Virus record (IMG/VR): IMGVR_UViG_2529293039_000013
DNA from: a virus
Lineage: Duplodnaviria; Heunggongvirae; Uroviricota; Caudoviricetes
Reading direction: 5' to 3' (one strand)
Length of the DNA: 50,040 nucleotides
The notes under the pieces were generated by a model. That model worked only from the letters and a program-made list of their open reading frames with translations, did no database searches and was not told the origin of the DNA. This document shows, one piece after another, positions 1 to 9,378 of the stretch (position 1 is its first letter; the number at the start of each line of letters is the position of its first letter). Both the position numbers and the translations under genes were made by a program.

Positions 1-420
1 ATGACGGATTATCAGCCATACAGGAAAGGAACTGTGCTTGCCCCAACTGGACCATGCAATCATCTTCATGTGATTTGTAATGATCCTGTTTATTACCCCG
101 TTAACGATTGTTATTGTGTTTTAGTTGTTAATATTTCTAGTATCAAGGATGGTGTCCCCCACGATCCGTCTTGCGTCTTGAATTCTGGTGATCATCGCTT
201 TATCAAGCATCCAAGTTATGTTGTTTACGCTGAAGCTATAATTTGGCGAGTGGATAACATGGTTAGAAAGCAGCGATCGGGTGAGATTTCTGTTCATGAT
301 GATATGCCAGAAGCTACATTCAATAGAATTCTGGACGGTTTTGATATCTCTGATGAAGTTACGCCAAAGAACCTTAAATTTAAAAATAAATATTGCGTAT
401 CATCTATTGATGATGAGTAA
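1..420 (+). CDS. hypothetical protein, no recognisable family; may be 5'-partial at window edge
   Basis: 139-codon ORF in track; lower GC than neighbouring phage genes; converges on minus-strand early operon. Confidence 0.35.
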   Translation: MTDYQPYRKGTVLAPTGPCNHLHVICNDPVYYPVNDCYCVLVVNISSIKDGVPHDPSCVLNSGDHRFIKHPSYVVYAEAIIWRVDNMVRKQRSGEISVHDDMPEATFNRILDGFDISDEVTPKNLKFKNKYCVSSIDDE

Positions 421-459
421 ACAACAGGAATTGTTTCGGTATAACTTCTGGAGTTTTCT

Positions 460-633
460 ATGGAAGATCAAAAAGCAACCAAGCCACAGGTTAAGTTCGA
501 CACAATGAAAGCATTCGTAGGTATGGGTGCTGCTGTTGAAGTTCTGATGAAGGCTGCTCCTAATGCGTTCACTCACGCTACTGTCTCTGGTAAAGAGCAG
601 CAGGGTAAGCTTCGTCGTCTCAAAGCAGCATGA
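460..633 (+). CDS. small hypothetical protein (57 aa)
   Basis: ATG preceded by GGAG; ORF ends about 20 nt before a hairpin terminator; below track length cut-off. Confidence 0.3.
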   Translation: MEDQKATKPQVKFDTMKAFVGMGAAVEVLMKAAPNAFTHATVSGKEQQGKLRRLKAA

Positions 634-652
634 TCATAGCTGGTGCTTTTTG

Positions 653-680
653 AAAACCCGCCTTCAGGCGGGTTTTTTCT
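653..680. terminator. bidirectional intrinsic terminator between convergent genes
   Basis: hairpin cccgcc-ttca-ggcggg flanked by an A-run upstream and a T-run downstream. Confidence 0.6.
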
Positions 681-989
681 TTAGTGATTTTCTTTGCCCT
701 TCTGTTTGACTGTTCTGACCTGTTCCCACTCGATACGTCCTTCTTCTCGCCTTTTGTCTATGTATTCCGCAAGATCCTGAATATTGATGCAACGTTTTGC
801 TTTTTGTGATGTGCCGATGCGATATGTTGGAACGGGCAACTTACAAGCGTTTGCTTTTGCTTCTGCCGTGGCTGGACTCATACCAAAGTACTTTTGGCTA
901 ACTGCTGAGAGTTCAATGTTTGGGGTATTGAATTCAGCCATCAGTAAAAACAAGGTGTTCATAATTTTCTCCATCAAAACCGGCTGCAC
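681..989 (-). CDS. excisionase-like DNA-binding protein (PrtN/Xis-like); start codon uncertain
   Basis: small basic protein at distal end of early-left operon; sequence recalls prophage excisionase-like family. Confidence 0.45.
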   Translation of the reverse strand: MQPVLMEKIMNTLFLLMAEFNTPNIELSAVSQKYFGMSPATAEAKANACKLPVPTYRIGTSQKAKRCINIQDLAEYIDKRREEGRIEWEQVRTVKQKGKENH

Positions 990-998
990 CCGGGAAAA

Positions 999-1574
999 TC
1001 ATAATTCTGTGCTGGTGGCAGGAATTAATTTCTGCCAGATAGCGGAAACATATTTTGCCTGATGACGGGCATCAGCCAGGGCGTTGTGCCGTTCGCCATC
1101 GAAAGGCATGTCCATTTTGGGGTCGAATCCGATGGAACGCCCAAGCGTAACGATCGTGCGTACATCGTGGTCATTCCAGTACGCCCACGGGCAGATTTGT
1201 CCTGCTCGCTCGTAAGCTCCACGTAAAATTACGTTGTCGAAGGTGGCCCCGTTACCCCAGACTTTTAAATATTTCGTATTGTCTGCGTGCCGGTTAATGA
1301 AATGGTTTAGTTCTGAGAGAGCATCGCTGATCGACAAAGTATCATCAATACAGATTGCAGCTCGCGCTTCAGGGCTTTGTTTCAACCACCACAGGATGGT
1401 ATCGCCGTCAGGTGTAGCTCCTTGCTTCATAGCACTGTCTAGGCTGACAACCGCATAGAATTCTTGTCCGATGTCTCCGGTTTCTGGAGTGAAGAACACC
1501 GCGCCAATGGAAACGATCGGTGCATCCTTATTTTTCCCCATCGTCTCAAGGTCGATCATTAAGTTGTTCATCAC
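999..1574 (-). CDS. phage 3'-5' exonuclease (DnaQ-like fold)
   Basis: N-terminal IDLETMG motif typical of DEDD exonucleases; ORF from track. Confidence 0.65.
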   Translation of the reverse strand: MMNNLMIDLETMGKNKDAPIVSIGAVFFTPETGDIGQEFYAVVSLDSAMKQGATPDGDTILWWLKQSPEARAAICIDDTLSISDALSELNHFINRHADNTKYLKVWGNGATFDNVILRGAYERAGQICPWAYWNDHDVRTIVTLGRSIGFDPKMDMPFDGERHNALADARHQAKYVSAIWQKLIPATSTEL

Positions 1575-2215
1575 TTCACCTCCTGCGGCGGTTCCGGTAG
1601 CGGCATCCAGTGAGTTGCTTGCTCAATACCATTACCCGGCTTAATCGTTGCATCTCCGCGCCGAAAGGTGCTTCCGGTATAGCGTGCGGAGCATATTAGC
1701 GGTTCAACCAGAGAGCTATCGAAATTCACCGAAATAAGCACGTTCTGGCCCTTTTCAGGCATTCGATCACTACAGCTTATCCAACCATCCGGAGTTACCG
1801 GAGAGTTGCCGGGTTCTTTAATGTGCAAGCGAGGCTCACCATCTTTTGGTTCAGGCCACTGGCGCTTCATGTTGATCTTCAATTTATCTTCCATAGCAGC
1901 GGTAATTTCAGCATCGCTGATGCCAGCACGGCGCTGTGCATCCCACAACAGAAACTGCATATCAGCCCACTCGCCAAGATCGTCTGGTTCGGCTGCGGCT
2001 TCCAGTGCCTCTTTTGAGAGATGTTTCAGCGGACCAATGGGGCCAACGCAGCCAAATGTGGAGTCAGACCATTTGGCATGCTCGTGGCGAATCTGTTCGC
2101 GTTCCAGTGATGCCAGTGCAATTCGTGCCAGTTCCATTTGTTCGCCACGAGTAAGTCCGTTATCAAGCGGATTTTTAATGAATAATTTGATACGTTCTTT
2201 GGTTATAGCGCTCAT
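1571..2215 (-). CDS. MazG-like nucleotide pyrophosphohydrolase domain protein with C-terminal DUF551-like region
   Basis: overlapping stop/start with neighbour; family recalled from prophage early regions. Confidence 0.5.
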   Translation of the reverse strand: MSAITKERIKLFIKNPLDNGLTRGEQMELARIALASLEREQIRHEHAKWSDSTFGCVGPIGPLKHLSKEALEAAAEPDDLGEWADMQFLLWDAQRRAGISDAEITAAMEDKLKINMKRQWPEPKDGEPRLHIKEPGNSPVTPDGWISCSDRMPEKGQNVLISVNFDSSLVEPLICSARYTGSTFRRGDATIKPGNGIEQATHWMPLPEPPQEVK

Positions 2216-2216
2216 A

Positions 2217-2897
2217 TCACTCTCCTTTGATGCGAATGCCAGCGGCGCGGATTGCAGCGATGACTTCAGAAACTTTGTATGCCATTACCGTTTGGTAATC
2301 ATCGTGATAATCTGTTCGATGAAGCATGCTGCTACGTTCCGGGAGCGATATTTCCCGAGCATCCAGTTCCTTAACGCGTTCCTCCAGTTCGTAGACCCTG
2401 CATTGTTCTCTATCATCAATCAGATATAACCCAAGACATTCGCTTTCTACCCAACCGCCAAAATCATGATCGTAACGCTCACATGAAAACTCACCGTCAC
2501 CGTCCTTTGTTGGAATGGTGTAACTATCTAATGGGCCACCATATGTCGGCACATTCCCCAATGTTGGATGCTCAATCCACATGAAAAATGCACGTCCGGT
2601 TATTGGGCAAATATCTGGCCGCCATTGGTTACGAACAGCCTTGGTTTCGGATAATTCTTCAGCGTGTTGTTTTACTTCCTCAAGCTCAACTCTCAGCTTC
2701 CCAACCGTAAGAGCAATATCCTCGTTCTCCTGGTCGCGGCGTTTGATGTATTGCTGGTTTCTTTCCCGTTCATCCAGCAGTTCCAGCACAATCGATGGTG
2801 TTACCAGCTCATGGAAAAGGTCCGCGTCAAATCCCCAGTCGTCATGCATTTCCTGCTCTGCCGCCTCACGCAGTGCCTGGTAATTAATTTCGCTCAC
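2217..2897 (-). CDS. Ea22-like family protein
   Basis: acidic coiled-coil protein in early-left operon; family assignment from memory. Confidence 0.5.
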   Translation of the reverse strand: MSEINYQALREAAEQEMHDDWGFDADLFHELVTPSIVLELLDERERNQQYIKRRDQENEDIALTVGKLRVELEEVKQHAEELSETKAVRNQWRPDICPITGRAFFMWIEHPTLGNVPTYGGPLDSYTIPTKDGDGEFSCERYDHDFGGWVESECLGLYLIDDREQCRVYELEERVKELDAREISLPERSSMLHRTDYHDDYQTVMAYKVSEVIAAIRAAGIRIKGE

Positions 2898-3532
2898 TGG
2901 TTGCCTCCTTTGCGAAGCTCAGCGGCGAAGGCTACTGCGTGATCATGATGTTCAAGCGTGTATGCACACTCCGCAAACATCTCCACGCCCTGCGCCCGGA
3001 CTTCAGCCAGGAAAGCATCGGTGGCTGGCGTTTCCCGTGAACGGTAAGACCAAACAATGTCGTCTGTTTCACTGGGTTCTTCATGAGAGCAATTTGGGCA
3101 GACAGCAGTACAACCAGCATGATCTTCTATGAGCATCTTCAGCCACGAGTTCTCCTCCGCCAGCGTCACGCGACTGGCCTCCAGTTCTGCTACGCGCTGT
3201 TTTGCAGCATCCAGTTCAATCGACAATTTTTCCAACTGCTCTTTATGCTTTTTATATTCCTGATATGCGTGCCAAGACTGACCTTTGCGCACACTATCAG
3301 TGATATCAGCAACCTGCTCTGGTGTTAGCGTGGTCAGTGGCTGTGCTGGGAAAATAAGCACTTTCCCGGAATCCCAATCAAAACCAGCATGAATTGACTG
3401 AACCTCAACTGAAGGTGTTGAACCAATGCTGCCAGGCGAATGAACAACGATCGTTACATCCATATCGCGACGATGGCTGTGGTTGTTGGACAAAATACGA
3501 TTCACCAACTCAGAAAATTTGGAGAATTTCAT
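2894..3532 (-). CDS. Ea22-like family protein (second copy)
   Basis: coiled-coil central region, cysteine pairs, overlapping stop/start with neighbours. Confidence 0.45.
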   Translation of the reverse strand: MKFSKFSELVNRILSNNHSHRRDMDVTIVVHSPGSIGSTPSVEVQSIHAGFDWDSGKVLIFPAQPLTTLTPEQVADITDSVRKGQSWHAYQEYKKHKEQLEKLSIELDAAKQRVAELEASRVTLAEENSWLKMLIEDHAGCTAVCPNCSHEEPSETDDIVWSYRSRETPATDAFLAEVRAQGVEMFAECAYTLEHHDHAVAFAAELRKGGNQ

Positions 3533-3540
3533 GCGGAGCC

Positions 3541-3951
3541 TCAGTATGTAAAATAGACAGTTGCCACGCCGTTATAGTGATCAAACGATACGGCATTTAC
3601 TTCGTAGCTGGCAGGGAGCTTCGATCCGAGAACGTATCCGGGCCACGTTTTCCATGGAATTTCTCTGCGCTCACTATCGCCATATACCGTACATCCCAGA
3701 GAGCCTACAGCTTCATTAGAACGCGTGCCGCACGTTATGAATCCCAGATTTTGCTTACTGCTCTTAATGGTGATTGGGTGAACGCTGGCTGATGCATTAG
3801 CAGCACGCTGTGCCTGTTGGTTTGCGATATTCGCAGAGTTCGCAGCAGCTACAGCAGCCGTAGTCGCGGCGGTAGAGGCTACAATAGCTGCTGAAGCATG
3901 CACTTGTTGGATATTCACCAACAATGCCGCGACAAAAATCATCTTCTTCAC
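3541..3951 (-). CDS. putative secreted protein with N-terminal signal peptide
   Basis: N-terminus MKKMIFVAALLVNIQQVHA resembles a Sec signal peptide; Ala/Asn-rich linker. Confidence 0.5.
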   Translation of the reverse strand: MKKMIFVAALLVNIQQVHASAAIVASTAATTAAVAAANSANIANQQAQRAANASASVHPITIKSSKQNLGFITCGTRSNEAVGSLGCTVYGDSERREIPWKTWPGYVLGSKLPASYEVNAVSFDHYNGVATVYFTY

Positions 3952-4298
3952 TTGTCAGCTCCTTTGCGAATCTGTTCCGCCCATTCTTCAAGGGATTTCT
4001 CCGCATATTCACCGGACAGGCCATCAATCGGGTACGGTTCATTAGCCAACTCTTCTTTCGCTGACAGAATCATGCGTGTAACGTCGAAAACTTCACGCAA
4101 AGACTTATTGATAAATCCGTGATTGAAAGCAGCAGCAAGACGGCTTGCGGTATAGTTAATACCCTCGTTGCGAGCCTCAGCACGTACTTCATCGAATTTA
4201 CGCACCAGATACTCAGCATTTGTTTCATTCACTTTCAGATCTCGCGGTACACATTTCCCGCGAAGAAACCCTTCCATTTCGAAAACATTCATGCGCAT
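3948..4298 (-). CDS. hypothetical protein
   Basis: ORF from track; start overlaps the upstream gene end. Confidence 0.45.
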   Translation of the reverse strand: MRMNVFEMEGFLRGKCVPRDLKVNETNAEYLVRKFDEVRAEARNEGINYTASRLAAAFNHGFINKSLREVFDVTRMILSAKEELANEPYPIDGLSGEYAEKSLEEWAEQIRKGADK

Positions 4299-4852
4299 TT
4301 GCGTAACTCCGATAACTCGTTAAAACGTTCCATAAACATCCCATAGGCATGGCCTGGCGACAGTGGAATAACTTTGAACATCTCTGTTGCCGGGATACCT
4401 TCCAGTACAGGCCAGAAAGAGCCATCATCAAGCCCGAGATCGCGGCGTTCGGTTGCCAGCATAATGAGATCGGCATATTTCACTGGCGTGCTCATAACAG
4501 GAGGTAACCCGTATTTCTCACGGATTACGGCGTCTATTTTTTCTTCCATCTGTTTATAGTCAGGAAGAAGGCGTTTCAGTGGCGCGGGGATGTCCTGACA
4601 ATACGCTTCTGTTGCATCATGCATTAACGCTTCAAAAGCAAACTCCTCCGGAACCAGTTTGCTGCAAAGCACCGCATGTTGGGCGACGCTGTAGAAGTGT
4701 GAAAGATGCCCTGCAAAGCGACAGATATTTGAGAGGGAAACTGCGATATCGTTAATCACGATGTCGTCTTTATTTATCCTGTCATAATAAAAATGCTTCC
4801 CGGAAAAAGTTTTAATAAATGACATTTTGTTCTCCACGTATATGCGCTGCAC
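4289..4852 (-). CDS. HD-domain phosphohydrolase (YfdR-like 5'-deoxynucleotidase family)
   Basis: H...HD metal-binding motif (AQHAVLCSK...MHDATEAY). Confidence 0.65.
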   Translation of the reverse strand: MQRIYVENKMSFIKTFSGKHFYYDRINKDDIVINDIAVSLSNICRFAGHLSHFYSVAQHAVLCSKLVPEEFAFEALMHDATEAYCQDIPAPLKRLLPDYKQMEEKIDAVIREKYGLPPVMSTPVKYADLIMLATERRDLGLDDGSFWPVLEGIPATEMFKVIPLSPGHAYGMFMERFNELSELRKCA

Positions 4853-4952
4853 CGCGCTGAATTCTGGTAAAAGGAAGCCCTCACCATCCGGTGATTATTG
4901 AGTTAATTACGTTTCCATAAATGCCCCCGCAGGGGCATTTGCAGTAATGAAA

Positions 4953-5777
4953 TCAGGCGGTGAAAGTACCAATAAAGGTTTCGACTTTGCTGTCTTTGAA
5001 TTTCTCAACAAGCAGATCACGAAATTCGTTAGCCATTTCTTCCTGCACTGCTTCCAGCTGAATAATGCGCAGAACCAGTACAGGGCGATCACCAGTGATA
5101 ATGCTGAGTCGTAATTTAAATGGACGTTCTTTCAGGCCTTCAAACGGAACGCATTTAAATTCAAATGCCACTGGCATAATGTCTTTGGTCTTCGCTTCGA
5201 CAGACTCCATCAGGGAGCGTTTGCCGCTGAAGTCATTGTCTTCAAAATCAGCAGTCTGGTTCGCTTCAATTGTGATTTTACGGACTGCCGCAGCCGCTTT
5301 TGTTGCCTGAATGGCGTCACCATTAGCATCAAAGCCCACAAGGTAGTCGGCCCAGTCTTCAATCCATTCTGCCAGTGACTTCTGGGAGTTACGCTCGCCG
5401 TTAACAGACAACAGAGCAGAGAACGGTGCTGTCTTTTTCAGTTTGAGGGTGGCGGTGTTATCTGCGTGACCTGGTTCATCAATAGTACCCAGGTTAAGCA
5501 CACTGACGGCTCGCATATTATCGGCATCGATAAAGCAGCGGGTGCCTTCATCTGCAAGATCTTTAGAATAACGGGTAAAGTCATCGATGCTGGCAGTGGA
5601 AAGCGCACCACGGAAACGGAAGCGATTTAAATTAAATTTTTCCAGATCATGAATGCGGAAATTCTCAGGCAATGCCACAGCATCGGCACCAATCTTACTG
5701 ATAATTTCATTAACACCCTGAGCAGAAATAAGGGCATGGATTTGATTAATTGCGGTTGCGTCTAAGTTCTGAGACAT
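4953..5777 (-). CDS. YfdQ-like protein (DUF2303 family)
   Basis: 274-aa ORF matching my recollection of E. coli CPS-53 prophage YfdQ; adjacent to YfdR-like gene. Confidence 0.6.
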   Translation of the reverse strand: MSQNLDATAINQIHALISAQGVNEIISKIGADAVALPENFRIHDLEKFNLNRFRFRGALSTASIDDFTRYSKDLADEGTRCFIDADNMRAVSVLNLGTIDEPGHADNTATLKLKKTAPFSALLSVNGERNSQKSLAEWIEDWADYLVGFDANGDAIQATKAAAAVRKITIEANQTADFEDNDFSGKRSLMESVEAKTKDIMPVAFEFKCVPFEGLKERPFKLRLSIITGDRPVLVLRIIQLEAVQEEMANEFRDLLVEKFKDSKVETFIGTFTA

Positions 5778-5842
5778 AATAAGTCCTCACTATATAAAGA
5801 TATTCAGTGATGAGATAAATAATCAGTTAATTAAGAACGATA

Positions 5843-6205
5843 TTAATGACCTGCTGCGCGTAGTTTTCCGTCAGGTTCACCGGCAAGAGTCAGTAATTGT
5901 CCCTGGTCTTCCTGCAGAATAGTCAGGCGACCACCGCGATTGACATACATCGGTGTTTCGGTGGTGTCTTCTTCGGAAATTTTCCCGCGGTTAGTCGGGC
6001 GAACATATGAGAGTTTGTGTTTGATTTTCACACGGTTCTCATCAAATGGTTCGATTTCCAGGTTGAGCGAGACCTTACCTTTGGTTTTCGTGTTCATCAC
6101 ACCGGAAGCGACTTCACTGAGAGCTGCGCCGATTTTGGTTTCAAATACGCCGCCGTCCAGCTCCCCGATAAATGCCTGCACATCAGTACTGCGTTCGCTA
6201 GCCAT
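5843..6205 (-). CDS. hypothetical protein, first gene of early-left operon
   Basis: internal start MASERSTD preceded by GAGGAG; track ORF extends further upstream without RBS support. Confidence 0.5.
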   Translation of the reverse strand: MASERSTDVQAFIGELDGGVFETKIGAALSEVASGVMNTKTKGKVSLNLEIEPFDENRVKIKHKLSYVRPTNRGKISEEDTTETPMYVNRGGRLTILQEDQGQLLTLAGEPDGKLRAAGH

Positions 6206-6547
6206 TTTGCTGCTCCTCATCATATCGACCCTGCAAGGTCGGTTAGTTTCTCCACAAAACAGAGAAGAACACCTGCGGTGGCAGCCGCCCGGATGGATTG
6301 GGTTATGAGCCCGTCGTCCGGTGATGTTCTTCTCTGTTTTGTAAAAAGAGCGGTACCAGCCGGAAGCAAGTGTACAAACTGGTACCGCCAAAGCAGTGGC
6401 TGTTGTGGTGACCGGTGCTGATCTCCGGCTTGCGGTTATTTCAGACTCTCACGGGCGTTTAATTGCCCCGCCGAACAGCTCTTTTCCGCAATAGCTGCAA
6501 TGTCTTTCGCGCATCAGCCTGCGCATTCACCACAACTCTAAAAACAA

Positions 6548-6600
6548 ATGTAGGATATCCAACATGCGAGTGTCAAGAGTTTATGTTGGTTATCCTACAT
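6548..6600 (-). promoter_or_regulatory. leftward early promoter (PL-like) with two 18-bp operator palindromes
   Basis: minus-strand TTGACA, 17-nt spacer, CTACAT; operators atgtaggatatccaacat and atgttggttatcctacat. Confidence 0.5.
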
Positions 6601-6616
6601 AAAAAGATAGGCTCAT

Positions 6617-6642
6617 AAAAAAACCGGGGATACCCCGGTTTT
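6617..6642 (-). terminator. intrinsic terminator downstream of repressor gene
   Basis: hairpin ccgggg-ata-ccccgg with flanking A and T runs, just 3' of cI stop. Confidence 0.5.
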
Positions 6643-6662
6643 GCGATAGTGAGGAAGATGTG

Positions 6663-7316
6663 TCAAAAATCCATTATTACTTGTTTGACAAGACCAACTA
6701 TTCTGCAGTTCTCACCGCATTCAATAGTTTTATAGTTAGGATTTAGTGGGACGAGATACCTGTTCGGCCAGTCCTCAACAAATTTTTTGAGTGTCGCTTC
6801 TTGCCCACCATTGATATGGGCAACAACGATTTTTCCGTTAATACACTCTGTATCAATAATATCTGGCTCTACGATAACGATAGAACCTTCTGGTATCGAT
6901 GGTGAGCCGAGGGGATTGGTCATTGAATCACCACGGACCCGTAGTGCAAATGCCATTTCTGATACAAGGGCGGTAGTATAAACCCACTCTTCAGCATCTT
7001 CTTTCCTGACACCAGGCTCCGTCATTGTCCATGAACCCGCCTGAACCCACGAGATTAGGGGGACTTTTTTAACTGCGAATATTTCAGGTTTTAGATTTAT
7101 CTTTGGTTCAGGCGAGCCTTTTCCGCTAACAAGCCACAGAGGATCGCATTTAAGTGCGTTGGCTAGGGCTTGAAGGTTGGCTCCATTTGGTTGGTAGTCG
7201 TCCTTTTCCCATCCAGTAACCGTGACACGGTTCACACCAGTCAAATCAGCCAGTGCTTGTTGTGTCAGGTTCAGTTCTTTTCGCCTTTGGCGAATACGAT
7301 CACTCATGTTCATCAT
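6663..7316 (-). CDS. cI: CI-type phage repressor (HTH domain plus S24 LexA-like peptidase domain)
   Basis: N-terminal HTH (LTQQALADLTGVNRVTVTGWE), C-terminal Ser/Lys autocleavage domain (GDSM...K). Confidence 0.85.
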   Translation of the reverse strand: MMNMSDRIRQRRKELNLTQQALADLTGVNRVTVTGWEKDDYQPNGANLQALANALKCDPLWLVSGKGSPEPKINLKPEIFAVKKVPLISWVQAGSWTMTEPGVRKEDAEEWVYTTALVSEMAFALRVRGDSMTNPLGSPSIPEGSIVIVEPDIIDTECINGKIVVAHINGGQEATLKKFVEDWPNRYLVPLNPNYKTIECGENCRIVGLVKQVIMDF

Positions 7317-7323
7317 GTAGGCA

Positions 7324-7385
7324 ATCCTACCACATGCCCATGTAGGATTCTTGACATTGGCATGTTGGATATCCTACATTTCTGC
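7324..7385 (+). promoter_or_regulatory. OR/PR-like region: rightward promoter overlapping operators
   Basis: TTGACA, 17-nt spacer, CTACAT on plus strand; operator atgttggatatcctacat; split palindrome atcctac...gtaggat. Confidence 0.55.
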
Positions 7386-7411
7386 TTAACGTAATTTAAC
7401 GGGAGACAGAA

Positions 7412-7609
7412 ATGCGGAAATCCGACGTGATTAATTATTTCGGCGGAGTTTGTAAAACCGCCGAAGCCCTAGGTATTAAGCATCCGTCTGTTTCAGAGTG
7501 GCCTGAGATTATTCCTGAAGGCCGAGCGTACCAGTTAGAAAAAATTACTAACGGGAAACTGAAAGTTGACGTGTCTTTATATCAAAAGACTAACAGTGCT
7601 GCGGCATAA
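7412..7609 (+). CDS. cro: Cro-like DNA-binding regulator
   Basis: 65-aa protein divergent from cI across the operator region. Confidence 0.7.
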   Translation: MRKSDVINYFGGVCKTAEALGIKHPSVSEWPEIIPEGRAYQLEKITNGKLKVDVSLYQKTNSAAA

Positions 7610-7636
7610 AAACACCACAGAAATGAGGAATTAACC

Positions 7637-8221
7637 GTGGGTAAAGAACCTGAATGGAAAGTTGATAAACAACCAGCATGGCTGGTGGCAGCAATACGAA
7701 GAACGATTGCTGATTTACCTCATGGCTATGAGGAAGCAGCAGAAATTCTTGGTTTGTATAAATCTGATGATATCACCCCAGCGAAAGATCAATTGCATAA
7801 CAGACTGCGTAGCGGTGGGGATCAAATTTTTCCACTTGAGTGGGCCATGGTTTTACAGGATGCCAGTGGTACCAGGCATGTAACGGATGCGATAGCGCGT
7901 CGTAGTAATGGGGTGTTTGTGCCGCTGGTGGACATTGATGACATTGACAATGGTGACATTAATCAGCGGCTGATGGAGTCAATAGAATGGATTGGCAAGC
8001 ATTCCCAGTACTTACGCAAGGCAACTGCTGATGGAGTTATTGACCAGGCTGAGCGTGAGCAAATCGAAGAGAACAGCTACCAAGTAATGGCGAAGTGGCA
8101 GGAGCATTTAACACTGTTATTTCGTGTTTTTTGTGCACCGGAAAAGAGTAACGCCCGCGAGTGTGCAGCTCCGGGCGTCGTGGCGTCGATTGCTTCTGGT
8201 TGTGGAGAAACTAACGCATGA
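7637..8221 (+). CDS. putative CII-like regulatory protein (family uncertain)
   Basis: position immediately after cro; GTG start; stop overlaps next gene start (ATGA). Confidence 0.35.
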   Translation: MGKEPEWKVDKQPAWLVAAIRRTIADLPHGYEEAAEILGLYKSDDITPAKDQLHNRLRSGGDQIFPLEWAMVLQDASGTRHVTDAIARRSNGVFVPLVDIDDIDNGDINQRLMESIEWIGKHSQYLRKATADGVIDQAEREQIEENSYQVMAKWQEHLTLLFRVFCAPEKSNARECAAPGVVASIASGCGETNA

Positions 8222-9378
8222 ACAGTTTAACGGCAAATAACCGTTTGTCGCAACAGCTGGTGGTCAGCGTCGCTGAACACCTGTTGTTACGGCATGAATG
8301 CAGATTACCAAATCACCTGGCTGTAAGTAACCACAGAGAACTTTACCTGACTGTGGGGGGCGAGTTGTGCAGGAACTTAACCGCTGGTTTCGTGACGGAA
8401 GAGGGCTTTATGTCCATGTTATTCGTTGGGAGCCAGAAACACAGCGCGTTATCTATCTTCGCAAAGACTACCCGCATGAGTGCTTTAGTCCTTTGTGGAA
8501 ATTCAGGCGTGATTTTGTTGAGTGTGAAGGACCACCAGCATATTGATTCTGCAATTCCGGGACGTTACACTGCTCAGGCACCTTATAAAGCGGGTGCCGG
8601 GATTGGCGTCCTGAAATTGTCAACGGCGATGTATGACGCGCCAGCGTCTTTTTTATCGTCCGCATTTGCTCACATCCAGATTATGGTGGGCTGGGCGGGG
8701 GCACCGAAAGGTGCGCCGGTCTCCGTTGACGCCGGTTACGCCAACCCCGTCCAGTTCACCACCAGTGAAATTGGCGTTTCCGGTGGTGGAAGTTTTTCAC
8801 TGTCAACGGAGGCTGCCATCATGGCTACGATCCCAGCCCTCACTCAACCTGAAATCACCATTGACAACGGCCAGGCCGTTACCACTTCTTTGGCTGTTGC
8901 CAACTTCTTCTCCAAGCGTCACGACGATGTGCTGAAAAAGATCCGCACTCTGGATTGTTCCCCAGAGTTTTGTGCCCGCAATTTTGCGGAGACATCGATT
9001 TCGGTAAATCAACCGAACGGTGGTACACGCAAGCTCCCTTGCTATCAAATCACACGAGACGGTTTTGCGTTTCTTGCTATGGGTTTCACGGGTAAACGTG
9101 CTGCCCGGTTCAAAGAGGCATACATAAATGCCTTTAACCAGATGGAGAAACAGCTTTCAAAGCCCGCTGTACCGAGCGACGTTGCACATAACGCCAGCGT
9201 TCTCTGTTCCTACATTTCATCAATTCATCAGGTCTGGCTGCAGCAGCTTTATCCTATGTTGGCAAAAGCCGAATCTCCGCTGGCTGTTAGCTTATATGAC
9301 TATATTAATGATGCTTCGGCGCTGGCCAGTCTCATAAATTTGTCGCTGAACCCTTCAGAGGTAAGGGGGCGCAAATGA
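8218..9378 (+). CDS. Rha-family phage regulatory protein with about 200-aa N-terminal extension
   Basis: Rha-like motif (TTSLAVANFFSKRHDDVLKKIR) in C-terminal half; internal ATG at 8821 has strong GGAGG RBS. Confidence 0.55.
   Translation: MNSLTANNRLSQQLVVSVAEHLLLRHECRLPNHLAVSNHRELYLTVGGELCRNLTAGFVTEEGFMSMLFVGSQKHSALSIFAKTTRMSALVLCGNSGVILLSVKDHQHIDSAIPGRYTAQAPYKAGAGIGVLKLSTAMYDAPASFLSSAFAHIQIMVGWAGAPKGAPVSVDAGYANPVQFTTSEIGVSGGGSFSLSTEAAIMATIPALTQPEITIDNGQAVTTSLAVANFFSKRHDDVLKKIRTLDCSPEFCARNFAETSISVNQPNGGTRKLPCYQITRDGFAFLAMGFTGKRAARFKEAYINAFNQMEKQLSKPAVPSDVAHNASVLCSYISSIHQVWLQQLYPMLAKAESPLAVSLYDYINDASALASLINLSLNPSEVRGRK

Noticed and set aside
1806-2429. 207-aa plus-strand ORF overlapping the MazG-like and Ea22-like genes
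   Set aside because: Antisense to two minus-strand genes that are translationally coupled; Ser/Ala-rich low-complexity translation.
5940-6421. Plus-strand ORFs (122 and 134 aa) near the left operator region
   Set aside because: Overlap the minus-strand first early-left gene and its upstream region; no RBS; inconsistent with the divergent promoter layout.
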